A DNA stretch of 64,000 nt. Origin: a virus. Each line of letters opens with the position of its first letter. Position 1 is the stretch's first letter. Positions 10,038 through 19,499 of the stretch are shown here, one piece after another. The stretch lies in IMG/VR virus record IMGVR_UViG_3300033490_000001. One strand, given 5' to 3'. The notes under the pieces were generated by a model. The model did no database searches and was not told the origin of the DNA. It saw only the letters and a list, made by a program, of their open reading frames with translations. The position numbers and the translations under genes were made by a program.

Positions 10038-10928
10038 ATGGATTTGCTTCTCTTTGCCTCAGACTTTCACTACGGCAGGCGCACTGCCGGATGGAACTCC
10101 CGCAAAGCAGCAGCTTGCCTTCAAAGAATAACCAAACAGACCTCCAAGATAGCGGCGGATCTCAAAGTCGATCGGATATTCGTGCTCTTTCTCGGAGACA
10201 TCCTTGACGGTGAAAGCGTCTATCCCGACCAAGCGTATGAACTCGAACTTGTCGGTTTCGAGCAGGTCTATGAAGGCGCTGAGCTTTTCGCAGAGCACTT
10301 CATCAGACCGCTCGCTGCGATCGCACAAGTTCACCTCGATGGTGTTCCCGGGAATCACGCGTACTTGCGATTCGCTAACAAAAAGACCAACCTTGACGCC
10401 CTCTTTTATGCGACTCTCGTTCAGTTTTTGAGGGAAATGAATGTCAGGTTCACGAGCTCTTTCTTTCAACGAAGCAGAAATGATGCTTTGGAAGTGAAAG
10501 TGACGACCTGCAATCAAGTGCGAGTTCTCATCGGTCACGGTCACTTCATCAGGACAGCGGCAGAACTTCCGTTTGCTGGCGCGCAGCGGAGAGTGCTTTC
10601 GTGGTTGTCCACCTACGCAGTGGACAACACACGATTCGAAGTTGCAGCGTTCGGGCATTTCCATAGATTCGCTTTCTTCGCGGTTCCGGGCAACAGGCTT
10701 GTTTTGTTCAACGGTTGCATGCTCGCTCATGATGAATTCTCCCTCACGCGTTATGGTCATCACGGCGATCGCGTTTGGACTGCTTTGGCTTTCGAAGGCA
10801 AGAAGCTGCTTTCTTTGCACTTGATAGCTGACCAAGAGCTTCGAAAGGATTCTTTACTTCGAATGGCAACTCCCGTGAGAGAAGTCTCCGACCTGCGAAC
10901 ACAAAAACGACAGCTTCCATCGCCCTGA
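10038..10928 (+). CDS. Calcineurin-like metallophosphoesterase
   Basis: SDFHYG, LGDILDG, GNH, GHGH, FGHFH motifs; GGAGG RBS before ATG at 10038. Confidence 0.9.
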   Translation: MDLLLFASDFHYGRRTAGWNSRKAAACLQRITKQTSKIAADLKVDRIFVLFLGDILDGESVYPDQAYELELVGFEQVYEGAELFAEHFIRPLAAIAQVHLDGVPGNHAYLRFANKKTNLDALFYATLVQFLREMNVRFTSSFFQRSRNDALEVKVTTCNQVRVLIGHGHFIRTAAELPFAGAQRRVLSWLSTYAVDNTRFEVAAFGHFHRFAFFAVPGNRLVLFNGCMLAHDEFSLTRYGHHGDRVWTALAFEGKKLLSLHLIADQELRKDSLLRMATPVREVSDLRTQKRQLPSP

Positions 10929-11151
10929 ATGTCCCAGTCTGGATGATTACCTTCGGTTTAGATAACGGTATCTGTGCTTTGACTTGGATGAGCAAAATGT
11001 CTACATGACCTCTTCGGAACCTGAACGCTACCAAGTCCCAATAACCGTGAGAGCCGGCTGAACGAACAACCGTCCAGCCGGCTCTCTCAAGTTCCGATTT
11101 CAACTTGTACTCAGCACGAGCACCTTTTCTGTAGCTTTTAATTCGTCCCAT
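10744..11151 (-). CDS. Hjc-type (PD-(D/E)XK) Holliday junction resolvase
   Basis: YRKGARAEYKL...GWTVVRSAGSHGYWDLVA...LIQVK; ATG at 11151. Confidence 0.85.
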   Translation of the reverse strand: MGRIKSYRKGARAEYKLKSELERAGWTVVRSAGSHGYWDLVAFRFRRGHVDILLIQVKAQIPLSKPKVIIQTGTFRAMEAVVFVFAGRRLLSRELPFEVKNPFEALGQLSSAKKAASCLRKPKQSKRDRRDDHNA

Positions 11152-11173
11152 CGCAGCCCAGCCTCCCTGCTGG

Positions 11174-11413
11174 CTAGAACAGCATCGCAAGTCTCTCTAA
11201 CACCTCGAAGGCATCGCCAGAAACCTCGTTCAGGATTTTCTCCAGCCGCTGAATGTCTCCATCAGATGAAATCTTCGATGCGACTTGCTTCAGCAGCGAT
11301 TCTACGTACTCCCTGTCTTCTCGTTGCAATGACGAAAGATTCCAATGGGCGAAGTCATTGGTCTTCAGAATTATCCAAGTCCACAATCCATCAGGGCTCA
11401 CTTTTCGTCTCAT
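11174..11413 (-). CDS. Hypothetical protein
   Basis: Coupled by a 4-nt overlap to the upstream gene. Confidence 0.55.
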   Translation of the reverse strand: MRRKVSPDGLWTWIILKTNDFAHWNLSSLQREDREYVESLLKQVASKISSDGDIQRLEKILNEVSGDAFEVLERLAMLF

Positions 11414-11673
11414 CGCTTATCACCACCTATGCGCCTTTTGGCAGCTTCTTCCTTCGAAGTCCTCGAAAGCAAAAGAATTTCAAGCTTGTCGACAACATAC
11501 CAAGTCTTCCCGTCAGCATCTCTGAACGTCTCTCCATCGCTGCTGGTAGCAGGTAGGACATCGACGGGTCTAGCGTTGAGAACGCGCAAGAAAATGTTCC
11601 ACGCCGAAGTTGGAATCAACAACGCCGCAGTAATGCCATCTGGAGAAACTCTCAGTCCGTGCTTGATTTTCAT
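11410..11673 (-). CDS. Hypothetical protein
   Basis: ATGA coupling on both sides; GGAGGTG RBS. Confidence 0.6.
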   Translation of the reverse strand: MKIKHGLRVSPDGITAALLIPTSAWNIFLRVLNARPVDVLPATSSDGETFRDADGKTWYVVDKLEILLLSRTSKEEAAKRRIGGDKR

Positions 11674-11912
11674 TGGCGCTCACCTCCAAGCAAGGATGGT
11701 TGCTTTGAAAGCTGCTTTTCTTGCTCGTCCATGCTGCTTAGAATCGCTGAGAGAATTTCGATCGCGTAGTTCAACGCTTCCAGCCGACGCTGTGCTTCGT
11801 TCTCAGTGAGCTTTCGCTCTGCAATGGCGTGCGGGTAGTATTTCTCCCTGATGTTGCGTTCTCGTGTGAGTTCGGCAAGTGCGATTTGAACTTTGCGCTT
11901 TTCAAATTTCAT
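11670..11912 (-). CDS. Small helical phage protein
   Basis: ELTRERNIREKYYP...EAQRRLEAL; ATGA coupling. Confidence 0.6.
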   Translation of the reverse strand: MKFEKRKVQIALAELTRERNIREKYYPHAIAERKLTENEAQRRLEALNYAIEILSAILSSMDEQEKQLSKQPSLLGGERQ

Positions 11913-13084
11913 GCTTGGCTCACCTCCGACATCCGGCTCTTGTAATCAGTTCCTTTTACCGTCGCAGCCAGCATCAAAGACGAGCTTCCGCGAACTAACC
12001 GAATCGCTGGGATATCGGAACTTACGATGAACTCGATCCGTTCTGGCACGATGATGAATTCGAGTGCGTCGTAGATCAAGTCGGCGGCGAAGCTGATGAC
12101 TTCCCAGCCGTCGATGGGAGCGCCGTCAACGATCTTAGGGAATTCGCCAGAGACATAGCAGATTTCTGGCTTTGAGTAGTCAGACTCCCAGAGATAACAC
12201 TTGAATTCCTGAAAATCGAAATCGAGCTTCAAGTATTTTCTGGAATGCTTTGAGCGAGAGGACGAGCTCGTTTTGATCGCCTTCTTCAGGTTCTGCCAAA
12301 AAGTGACAGAAGCAACCGCGACGAGCGACGGCTCTTTGTTGAACAGCTCGTTGGTCACTTGAACGATTTGCTTGTTCTCTTCGGTCAAGTTGAAGGATGG
12401 AAAAGCAGAGAACCCGCCATCGTTAAGGGCGATAATCCAACAGTTCCTCTCGTTCGGCAAGACCGCGAGATTCTTCACCTCAGCATCGACGATGCCGACT
12501 GGCACTACGATCATGTCCTTGGAGAACACTTCGGCAGGAACTTCATCTTTCGCCGCAAGGTGCGGTAAAATACTCATTACTGTAACGAACCCATCTTCGG
12601 GAACGAATATGAAACCGCTGAAATAAGCACCGCTGACGAATTTCTTCATTCGCGTGAGAGTCTGTTTCAACAACACATCAGTTGGGAAGAACGCGAACAG
12701 TTGAGCTTCTTCGAGCTTGATGTCTTGCACGATCGACAGCGGAGTGTCATCGGCATCGAAGTATGGGATGAGATACACGCTTTCAGTTCCGTTTTCAGCC
12801 TCGAACTTGATGCGAAGTCGGTTCATGCCGTCAACGAGCGACAGTTCGACATCCTGACTTCCGATGCCTTTGAGCAGTGTCCTGAGCATCGTAATGTCGG
12901 GTGAGACTCGTCCGGGTATTTCTACTCGCGCTGGAATGGAGATGCTGGTTACCGCTCGGCTATCGGCATTCGTGATAGTCAGAGCATCGCCACTTGCCTC
13001 AAGCAGGCAACCGCGAAAGATTGGTGATGGCTTAATTTGTGCGAGCATTTTCTCCAATTGAGCCGCATTGACCACGCACTTCAT
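11909..13084 (-). CDS. dnaN: DNA polymerase III beta sliding clamp-like protein
   Basis: 391 aa; N-terminus (MKCVVNAAQLEKML...IFRGCLLEASGDALTITNAD...EIPGRV...LLKGIGSQDVELSL) and C-terminal ISFAADLIYDALEFI match the clamp architecture. Confidence 0.75.
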   Translation of the reverse strand: MKCVVNAAQLEKMLAQIKPSPIFRGCLLEASGDALTITNADSRAVTSISIPARVEIPGRVSPDITMLRTLLKGIGSQDVELSLVDGMNRLRIKFEAENGTESVYLIPYFDADDTPLSIVQDIKLEEAQLFAFFPTDVLLKQTLTRMKKFVSGAYFSGFIFVPEDGFVTVMSILPHLAAKDEVPAEVFSKDMIVVPVGIVDAEVKNLAVLPNERNCWIIALNDGGFSAFPSFNLTEENKQIVQVTNELFNKEPSLVAVASVTFWQNLKKAIKTSSSSRSKHSRKYLKLDFDFQEFKCYLWESDYSKPEICYVSGEFPKIVDGAPIDGWEVISFAADLIYDALEFIIVPERIEFIVSSDIPAIRLVRGSSSLMLAATVKGTDYKSRMSEVSQA

Positions 13085-13371
13085 CGCTCCTCACCTCCAT
13101 CCAGCACGACAGTTTCCGTCAGGTCTACATAGCGAACTTTGAGAAAGCCACCATCCAGAGAATCGATGACAGGGTAGAGCCTGTCACCGTAAAGGACGCA
13201 ATCGAACCCGTAGACCATCATCGTCTTCACTAACCAACCGCGTCCGATCCTGACTTTCGCGCCAATAAAATCGGCGATAATTCTCGCGAACGACTCAAGA
13301 TCAGCGTTCGACAACAACAATCCCTTTGTCCCATCCTGATTGAGCAGAATCCGCACTGGCTCCATCGTCAT
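13081..13371 (-). CDS. Hypothetical protein
   Basis: ORF with RBS, coupled to the clamp gene. Confidence 0.55.
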   Translation of the reverse strand: MTMEPVRILLNQDGTKGLLLSNADLESFARIIADFIGAKVRIGRGWLVKTMMVYGFDCVLYGDRLYPVIDSLDGGFLKVRYVDLTETVVLDGGEER

Positions 13372-13600
13372 GGCTCATCCCTCCTTCCAAAGTTTCGTCA
13401 ACAAGCTCAAGCACACCATCTTGCTCAAACCGAGCAAGAAGGCTCAGCAATGAGACTAGACGCAAGCGGCTCTTCTGCATACCGACGAGCCGCTTGCGCT
13501 TGTCTTCAGGGAGAATTCCCAGTTCATTCTCGATGCGTTTGATTTGAAACCAAAGTTCTCGTTTGAATTCTTTCAGTTGAAATCTCGTCATCTTTGCCAT
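13301..13600 (-). CDS. Hypothetical protein
   Basis: GGAGG RBS, co-oriented. Confidence 0.45.
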   Translation of the reverse strand: MAKMTRFQLKEFKRELWFQIKRIENELGILPEDKRKRLVGMQKSRLRLVSLLSLLARFEQDGVLELVDETLEGGMSHDDGASADSAQSGWDKGIVVVER

Positions 13601-13826
13601 CCGCACCAGCCTCCTTTGTTGGGTAGATTTGCTTCAGCAACGCGATAAACTTCTGTGCGTCATGCTTGAGAACCCAAACTTTGCCGTAGTACTTGAAGTG
13701 AGGAATGCCGAGCCGCCGCAGGCTAATCCAGACAGTAAAGTACGGCAGCCCGGCAATTCTCGAGATTTCCATGACATTCAAGCAGTTAACTGGTCTAGCT
13801 GGAGGCTTATACTTTTGCTTACTCAT
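13524..13826 (-). CDS. Small HTH-like DNA-binding protein
   Basis: LNVMEISRIAGLPYFTVWISLRRLGIP resembles an excisionase/MerR-like HTH. Confidence 0.5.
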   Translation of the reverse strand: MSKQKYKPPARPVNCLNVMEISRIAGLPYFTVWISLRRLGIPHFKYYGKVWVLKHDAQKFIALLKQIYPTKEAGADGKDDEISTERIQTRTLVSNQTHRE

Positions 13827-15139
13827 GACTGTTCACCTCGCAATTCAGCAATGATTTCTCTAAGCAATTCATTCGAGACTGCTGCAAGCCAATAGCGGTC
13901 ATCTGGGAGTTGTGCGAAGTCGAAGGAGCGGTCAAGTAATTTCTCGGAGATAGCAGCCTCAAGTTCGTCGGGCAGCCAGTTGTTCTTGACAGCGATTTCT
14001 GCAAGTTCAGCTTCAAAGTCGAACGATTCATCGCTGCCTCTGGCTTGCCGCCACGAAGTCAGAAATTCGATAACAGCTCCGTCGTCCTGAGTGGGCTGTT
14101 GCTTGTCCTCTCGTCTTTTCGCAGCAAGTCGCTGTTCGAGATGCGCAAGCAATCGCGTCTTCTGATCGTCGTTGAGATCGCGGATGAATGAAGTGCCAAA
14201 ATAGGTTCGTGCCAGCCTACCAAGTGCTTTATTGTCGATGCCTAATTCGCGTGCGACCCTAAAGATCCGTCTGGTCAAATCCTCGGATGCTTCCTGCGAA
14301 GCTTCTTGAACTGGTTGTTCAGTCTCTTCAGGTTCAAGCGAAACGGGTTGATTTTCTTCAGGTTGCATTTCCTGCTTGCTAAGTTCTGCTTTCTCAGCGC
14401 CTACGACTGTAACAGCGAAAGTTGATTGTTCTACCGTCTCAGAGATAGAAAGGACTCGAAGCCAGCTAGCAAAATCTGGTGCTGCTACGGAAAGTTGGTG
14501 AAAACGAGATTTGACGGTAAGCTGGACGCTATTGGTCGGTTGGAAGATCACTTTTCGCTCAGTCTCATTTGGAAAGAGCGGGTCATTCGGACCGACAAGG
14601 TAGCCAACGAAGTCGCACGCGGCAACTAAGTCGTTTCGTAACGCTGGCGTTAAATCGATTGTCGCGCCGATGATCGGACCGACATCCCTGCCACGCTCAT
14701 CCTTCTCACGAATCCAGCGTGGCAAACAAGTCAGAAGCAAGTGCTTTCGTAGTTGGAGCAACGGCAACACAGCAGCTCTGACTTCGTTAGTGAGTTTCTG
14801 CCATTCATCCCAAGTTACGCGTTCCTTGGTGCCACGAAGTTCTTGAACGCGGCGCTTGACGAAAATGGAAAGCCCATCGAACACTACTGAGCGAAACTGA
14901 GTGTCGGATTGAAGTTCTCTAACTGTCTGCAGAAGGTCTTCGGTAGACTTGATCGGGCAGACTAAGATGCCTTCAGTGTTGAGAAGCGACAGGACGCCGC
15001 CCTCAAAGTCCAGCACCAAGACGGGCTTGGGAATCGTCTTAGCAATTGAAGTCTTGCCCGACCCGGTGGGACCGTAAATGAGCACCTTCACGCCGATTTG
15101 AGAGATTGCGTCAGCGACAGAGAAAGTTTTTACTGCCAT
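13823..15139 (-). CDS. AAA_24/Sak4-like P-loop recombination ATPase with acidic C-terminal extension
   Basis: VLIYGPTGSGKTS, VLVLDFEGG, VVFDGLS, TVKSRF. Confidence 0.85.
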   Translation of the reverse strand: MAVKTFSVADAISQIGVKVLIYGPTGSGKTSIAKTIPKPVLVLDFEGGVLSLLNTEGILVCPIKSTEDLLQTVRELQSDTQFRSVVFDGLSIFVKRRVQELRGTKERVTWDEWQKLTNEVRAAVLPLLQLRKHLLLTCLPRWIREKDERGRDVGPIIGATIDLTPALRNDLVAACDFVGYLVGPNDPLFPNETERKVIFQPTNSVQLTVKSRFHQLSVAAPDFASWLRVLSISETVEQSTFAVTVVGAEKAELSKQEMQPEENQPVSLEPEETEQPVQEASQEASEDLTRRIFRVARELGIDNKALGRLARTYFGTSFIRDLNDDQKTRLLAHLEQRLAAKRREDKQQPTQDDGAVIEFLTSWRQARGSDESFDFEAELAEIAVKNNWLPDELEAAISEKLLDRSFDFAQLPDDRYWLAAVSNELLREIIAELRGEQS

Positions 15140-15163
15140 AGCAAATCACCCTCCTTCGTGAAT

Positions 15164-16195
15164 TTACATTCGCCTCCACACATCTACGACCGTCGCGACC
15201 GTGACCTTCCGGTATTCGTCGAGATTGATCACTTTCGCAAGTGCTTTCGTGTCCAAAGTTCGTCGCTCTTCGGTGTAGACATGCAAGCCGTACTCTTTGC
15301 CGACGAACTTTCCCTTGCGCTTCAGTCGCTTTTCAAGTGCTTCGAGAATTTCCTTGCGGACACTTTTCTCTTGGTCTTCAATGGATTTGCGTTGCTCGCG
15401 AAGGCTATGGAGCAACGCAACGAGGTCTTCAAGGTCTGCCGGAAGGTCTTCGACGCTGTCGGTGTCAGTTTCTTGAACTTGCGGTTCTTCTTCCGACTGA
15501 GCTTTCTTGGACGCCCAACACTGTTCATAGAATGGACATTGAACCATCATACGCGAGATCTTCGAAAACCACCTACACGGAAACTTACCGGGATCGTAGT
15601 CGACAGGAATCGGCGGCAGTTCGCCAGTCTCGATTGCGTGCTTGAGAAGTTCAATGCGGATGACAAGTTCGGAGTGCCAGCCTTCATCGTACTTGAAGGT
15701 GAAGACCCTGAACAGGCGAGGGTTTTCCCGCGGAAAGTATACAAGTGCGGCGAAATGCTCAGCGCCTGTCATCTCATAAAGTGCAGAAAGGTACGCGTGA
15801 ACTTGGATAACATGGTGCTCGACAGGCAGGAACTCTGACGAAACTCGTGCAGCTGCGATGGTCTTGCATTCGATTAGGAAGTTGCGGTTTGGGAAATAGA
15901 AGTCGATGTGACCTGTAATTCCAGCGAGTGTCACCTCATATTGCGGGATAACTTCTTCACCTTCAAATGCTTCTGCAATGAACTGTTCGTAGAGGTGACC
16001 AGCAGCGAGAATTCCAGTCGCTTCGGTCAAGTCAGCAGTAATGCCTGTTCTGACGGAGAGAACTGTCATTCTGGGACACAACCCGAGTTGCGAAAGTCTT
16101 AAGCGCGGTGGCTCAGATTGTGCTTTGGTTTCGAACAAGCGGGAGATTCGTCGGGAGACATCATCTCGCAGGGCTTCGAGAAGCTTTGCCTCCAT
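15164..16195 (-). CDS. Cas4-like PD-(D/E)XK exonuclease with C-terminal coiled coil
   Basis: RLSQLGLCPR, GHIDFY, IECKT, and C-x12-C-x5-C (CRW...CPFYEQC); ATG at 16195 after GGAGGTGG. Confidence 0.85.
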   Translation of the reverse strand: MEAKLLEALRDDVSRRISRLFETKAQSEPPRLRLSQLGLCPRMTVLSVRTGITADLTEATGILAAGHLYEQFIAEAFEGEEVIPQYEVTLAGITGHIDFYFPNRNFLIECKTIAAARVSSEFLPVEHHVIQVHAYLSALYEMTGAEHFAALVYFPRENPRLFRVFTFKYDEGWHSELVIRIELLKHAIETGELPPIPVDYDPGKFPCRWFSKISRMMVQCPFYEQCWASKKAQSEEEPQVQETDTDSVEDLPADLEDLVALLHSLREQRKSIEDQEKSVRKEILEALEKRLKRKGKFVGKEYGLHVYTEERRTLDTKALAKVINLDEYRKVTVATVVDVWRRM

Positions 16196-16490
16196 ATCGG
16201 ACCACCTCCGCACATTGATGCTCAAAGAACCTCCTAATCGCATTGTCCGCGTTGGAGACTACGCCATGACGCCAACTCCTTGGGTCATCTCTGCGAAGCG
16301 TGCAAATTTGAGCACGATAGCCGCATGTTTTGCAGCGGAGAAGAACCGCAAAGTGAGAGTCACCCTGCGGTTCAATTTCGAGGTAGACTTCGTCGTCCTC
16401 ACCGACCAACCCAGTCTCGTCCAGAAAGCGTTCCCGCAGTTGCTCAATCTCCTTTGCCTGCAACTCCTTGATACTTTTGAGAACTTCCAT
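16161..16490 (-). CDS. Hypothetical protein with CxxC
   Basis: ATG at 16490 after GGAGGTGG; RCKTCG. Confidence 0.6.
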   Translation of the reverse strand: MEVLKSIKELQAKEIEQLRERFLDETGLVGEDDEVYLEIEPQGDSHFAVLLRCKTCGYRAQICTLRRDDPRSWRHGVVSNADNAIRRFFEHQCAEVVRYGGKASRSPAR

Positions 16491-16567
16491 GTTCTCCCAC
16501 CTCCTAAGCACGAAGCTACGCACGAAATTATAGCGCATATTCTCGTCGGCATAAAGATTACGGACAC

Positions 16568-16616
16568 AAAAAAACAGGAGAGCGGCACGACAGAAGCAGC
16601 AGCCGTGCCGCTCTCC
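16568..16616 (-). terminator. Rho-independent terminator
   Basis: 13-bp stem GGAGAGCGGCACG/CGTGCCGCTCTCC followed by a T7 run on the - strand. Confidence 0.85.
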
Positions 16617-16630
16617 CGAGTTAGCGGTCA

Positions 16631-17341
16631 TCACTCGACACCGTAGGCTGGATAGCGAGCGATGACCTGTCCGTCGTACTTGAAGTAAACTACGTCATTT
16701 TCGAAGACAATCTCCTCGCGCCCATCTTTGGAGACTGAGCGAGAGTACGTAATACCAAACTTCTTGTGGGTTTTCCAGAGTTTACGAAGGGCGTCGAGGA
16801 GCTTGCCTTCGGGTGTCGAGGTGTCGATGACTTCGCGCTCTTTGCGGCGCGAGTCCTTCGACACCGCTGCGATGATTTGTTGGATCTGCTCGTCGCTGAA
16901 GCCTTGGGACCGCAAAACCGCCTGAAGTGCGATCGCCCATCGTGGAGTCTTAGCGCCATTCTGCGACATAGAAACCACCTCCTGTGAATCGTCTTGTTGC
17001 GGCTGAGCTTCTGCCGCAACCCGTTCGACCCGAACTTCTGTAGCAACTTCTGGCTCGGATCGAACAGGGACAGCGACAGGCTCAGCGGTCTTTGTTGCCT
17101 TCGTGATGACGAGACTGTCCGCATGGACGACCCACTCGCTGCCGTCCGGCAGAACGATCTTTGCGGACTGGACGGCAGGTTCGACAGAGACGGCAGATGG
17201 GTTCATGAAATACGCTCGCGTGAAAGTCGGAAGCGCCATAGACTTCTGGCGCTGCCCGTCCGAGATTTTGACGAAGCCAGACGGGCTGATGGTGAGAGTG
17301 ACTTGGATTTGATCTTGCGTCGTGATGCGAAGCTCCTTCAT
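16631..17341 (-). CDS. Hypothetical protein
   Basis: 236-aa ORF with RBS. Confidence 0.7.
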   Translation of the reverse strand: MKELRITTQDQIQVTLTISPSGFVKISDGQRQKSMALPTFTRAYFMNPSAVSVEPAVQSAKIVLPDGSEWVVHADSLVITKATKTAEPVAVPVRSEPEVATEVRVERVAAEAQPQQDDSQEVVSMSQNGAKTPRWAIALQAVLRSQGFSDEQIQQIIAAVSKDSRRKEREVIDTSTPEGKLLDALRKLWKTHKKFGITYSRSVSKDGREEIVFENDVVYFKYDGQVIARYPAYGVE

Positions 17342-17371
17342 ACGACATCCCTCCTTAGAGATTTAAATTTA

Positions 17372-17401
17372 AAGCCCGACGGCTCCTCTCACCGTCGGGC
17401 T
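17372..17401 (-). terminator. Terminator-like hairpin after the primase gene
   Basis: AGCCCGACGG/CCGTCGGGCT stem followed by an A/T-rich tract on the - strand. Confidence 0.6.
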
Positions 17402-17435
17402 CTCCTTTGCTTGGCGAAGGTTGTTGCAACGATGA

Positions 17436-19058
17436 TCAAGAACTAAACATTGAGTCGAAGAACTCAGCAAAGTTAAGTAGTTTGTCAGTATCTACACCGC
17501 GCAGCTTTTCGAATTCTTCCTTTGCTTTTAAATATTCTGGGCGTAATCGTTCAGCGTTCTCATGCGTTGGGTTCTTTGCGAATTCATCGAGTATTTCGCG
17601 AATCCGTCGATGCCAGTAAGCTTTGCGGATGCCATTCAGCAGAATTTCTCTGCTGACAATGAACGGTCTTGAGAGCGCTAACTTTGCGTAGAGTTGCTCT
17701 TCATCTTCGCTTAGCTGCACTTTCTCGCCGATCGCAAATTGGTACACCTTCTTCAGCCGGTCTGGCAAAATCGCAGCGACATCTATGTCATCGAGGTCAG
17801 TCTTAGGGTCAAAAACGCGATCTATCGCTGCGGCAACGACAAGCTCCCAGAAGTCGCCACGCAGGTTCGGCAGAAATCGTTTTGGCTGACGGCGCTTTTC
17901 ATCTTCAAAGCATTTGTGGATCGCTCTCATGTATTCCGTGCCGAAAACTTTTACCTTCGTGTTCATTAACGCCCACACGTTTTTGCGGATCGTGTCAGGA
18001 AGCCTCAGCAGCAGTTTCGCTGCGCTGGTTGGTGTCGGTCTGCGGCGAATTAGGTATTCGACGAATGCTGCGGTGATGGATAATCGCGGCATAGATTTAA
18101 GGCGCTCAGCCGAAATCTCGTCGGGATCGCGGTCGAGTAATACCACGCGGACTGGCACTTGAAGTGTCAGAAGTGAAAGTGCTGCATTAATCATCGCGTC
18201 CAAACCAGCAGGATCTGGGTCTAAGCCGAACACTACTGCGATGCTTCGCTTTAACGCGTGAATTCTCGCGACTATCTTGTGCGTCTGCGTTGGAGTGAGA
18301 GCGGTTCCCATCAGAGCGACCGCTGGAAGCTGATTGTAGAGTAAATGCATCGCATCAAAATAACCTTCGACTATCCACAGCTCTTCGTTTCCGCGATTTT
18401 TCTCCAAAAGCGATAATGCGTAGTTCATGCCGAACAGCACTAATCGCTTGTGAAACACGACGGAATTTCTCGTGTTCAAAAATTTCGGCTCGCTGTCGTC
18501 TATAGACCTGCCAGCGAAACCGATAAGTTGACCGTTTTCGTCGTGTATCGGAATCGTAATGCGGTTGCGCAATACAGGATAGAGCGATTTTCCAAACAGT
18601 CCACTTTGAATTAACAATTCGTTGGGAAAATTTGAGAGCGCCTCTCTTAAAGCTTTCGGGTCGGAAGGAGCGTAGCCGAGACCGAACCTGTCACGAAAGT
18701 GTTCACGTCCCTTCTCCTTCAACCAACGCTTGGCGTTTTCGTTTGATCGTAGCTGGTCACGGAAGAACAGTTGGGCTGCTTGTAAGACATCGTAGATGTT
18801 TGCCTTCGTTTCCTCAGAAACTTGTTCAGTTTGTGGTTGGAGCTTGAGAAGTTTCAGCAGACGAGTGAGCGTTCCTCCAACTCCGCAACCAAAGCAATAA
18901 AAGACACGTTTCTCAAAATTGACATAGAACGATGGTCTCGTTTCGGAATGGAACGGACACAAGCACTTGAACTCCGCTTGGTCAGAAGTCGGCTGAAGGT
19001 CAAGGACTCGTTCTAGCAGTGAGAGATGCTCGTAATCAATGGCACGCTCGATTCTCAT
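17436..19058 (-). CDS. dnaG: DnaG-type DNA primase
   Basis: CHC2 finger (CPFHSETRPSF...YCFGC), RNRITIPI...GFAGR...KFLN, VEGYFD, DPDPAG Toprim motifs. Confidence 0.95.
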   Translation of the reverse strand: MRIERAIDYEHLSLLERVLDLQPTSDQAEFKCLCPFHSETRPSFYVNFEKRVFYCFGCGVGGTLTRLLKLLKLQPQTEQVSEETKANIYDVLQAAQLFFRDQLRSNENAKRWLKEKGREHFRDRFGLGYAPSDPKALREALSNFPNELLIQSGLFGKSLYPVLRNRITIPIHDENGQLIGFAGRSIDDSEPKFLNTRNSVVFHKRLVLFGMNYALSLLEKNRGNEELWIVEGYFDAMHLLYNQLPAVALMGTALTPTQTHKIVARIHALKRSIAVVFGLDPDPAGLDAMINAALSLLTLQVPVRVVLLDRDPDEISAERLKSMPRLSITAAFVEYLIRRRPTPTSAAKLLLRLPDTIRKNVWALMNTKVKVFGTEYMRAIHKCFEDEKRRQPKRFLPNLRGDFWELVVAAAIDRVFDPKTDLDDIDVAAILPDRLKKVYQFAIGEKVQLSEDEEQLYAKLALSRPFIVSREILLNGIRKAYWHRRIREILDEFAKNPTHENAERLRPEYLKAKEEFEKLRGVDTDKLLNFAEFFDSMFSS

Positions 19059-19097
19059 CTCTGACCACGCTCCTTCCGAACTGCTACTGCCTGACGA

Positions 19098-19481
19098 CTA
19101 ATTCCACCCTTCGCGCAACTCAGCGTTCTTCTCAAGCCACTTGCGACTCGGTGTGAACAAGTAACCCGCTTCCGAAAGAACCGGATCGGTCATGTTGTAT
19201 GCGTAGCCATAGCCAAACAGTCCGTCTTCATTGTCCTTTTCAATCTCGAAATAGAGGTAGACCATGAAATGCTCGTCTGTCACGATTCCGGTCACGGCGA
19301 CAATAGGCTTGGAGCCGAAACGCAGCCAGCCACAATGAGCATAGAACTTCAGGTCCGCGATCAGGGCTTTCCAAAGTTGGAATTCGTCGAAGTCAGGATG
19401 GACTCGCTCGATTCCTTTCCGAACAAATTCTATCTGCGCGTGTAAAATCTCAAGCTGTAACAACAGATCCGACCTTTCCAT
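19098..19481 (-). CDS. Hypothetical protein
   Basis: 127-aa ORF with RBS. Confidence 0.6.
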   Translation of the reverse strand: MERSDLLLQLEILHAQIEFVRKGIERVHPDFDEFQLWKALIADLKFYAHCGWLRFGSKPIVAVTGIVTDEHFMVYLYFEIEKDNEDGLFGYGYAYNMTDPVLSEAGYLFTPSRKWLEKNAELREGWN

Positions 19482-19499
19482 TTGCCATCACCTCTTTCC

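Noticed and set aside
10059-10835. 258-aa minus-strand ORF
   Set aside because: Antisense shadow of the motif-rich metallophosphoesterase; no RBS or motifs.
15098-15838. 246-aa plus-strand ORF and similar antisense ORFs across 4-32 kb
   Set aside because: They lie opposite well-supported genes and lack recognisable motifs.
16491-16634. N-terminal extension of ORF 16161-16634
   Set aside because: It crosses a strong terminator; the RBS supports ATG 16490.
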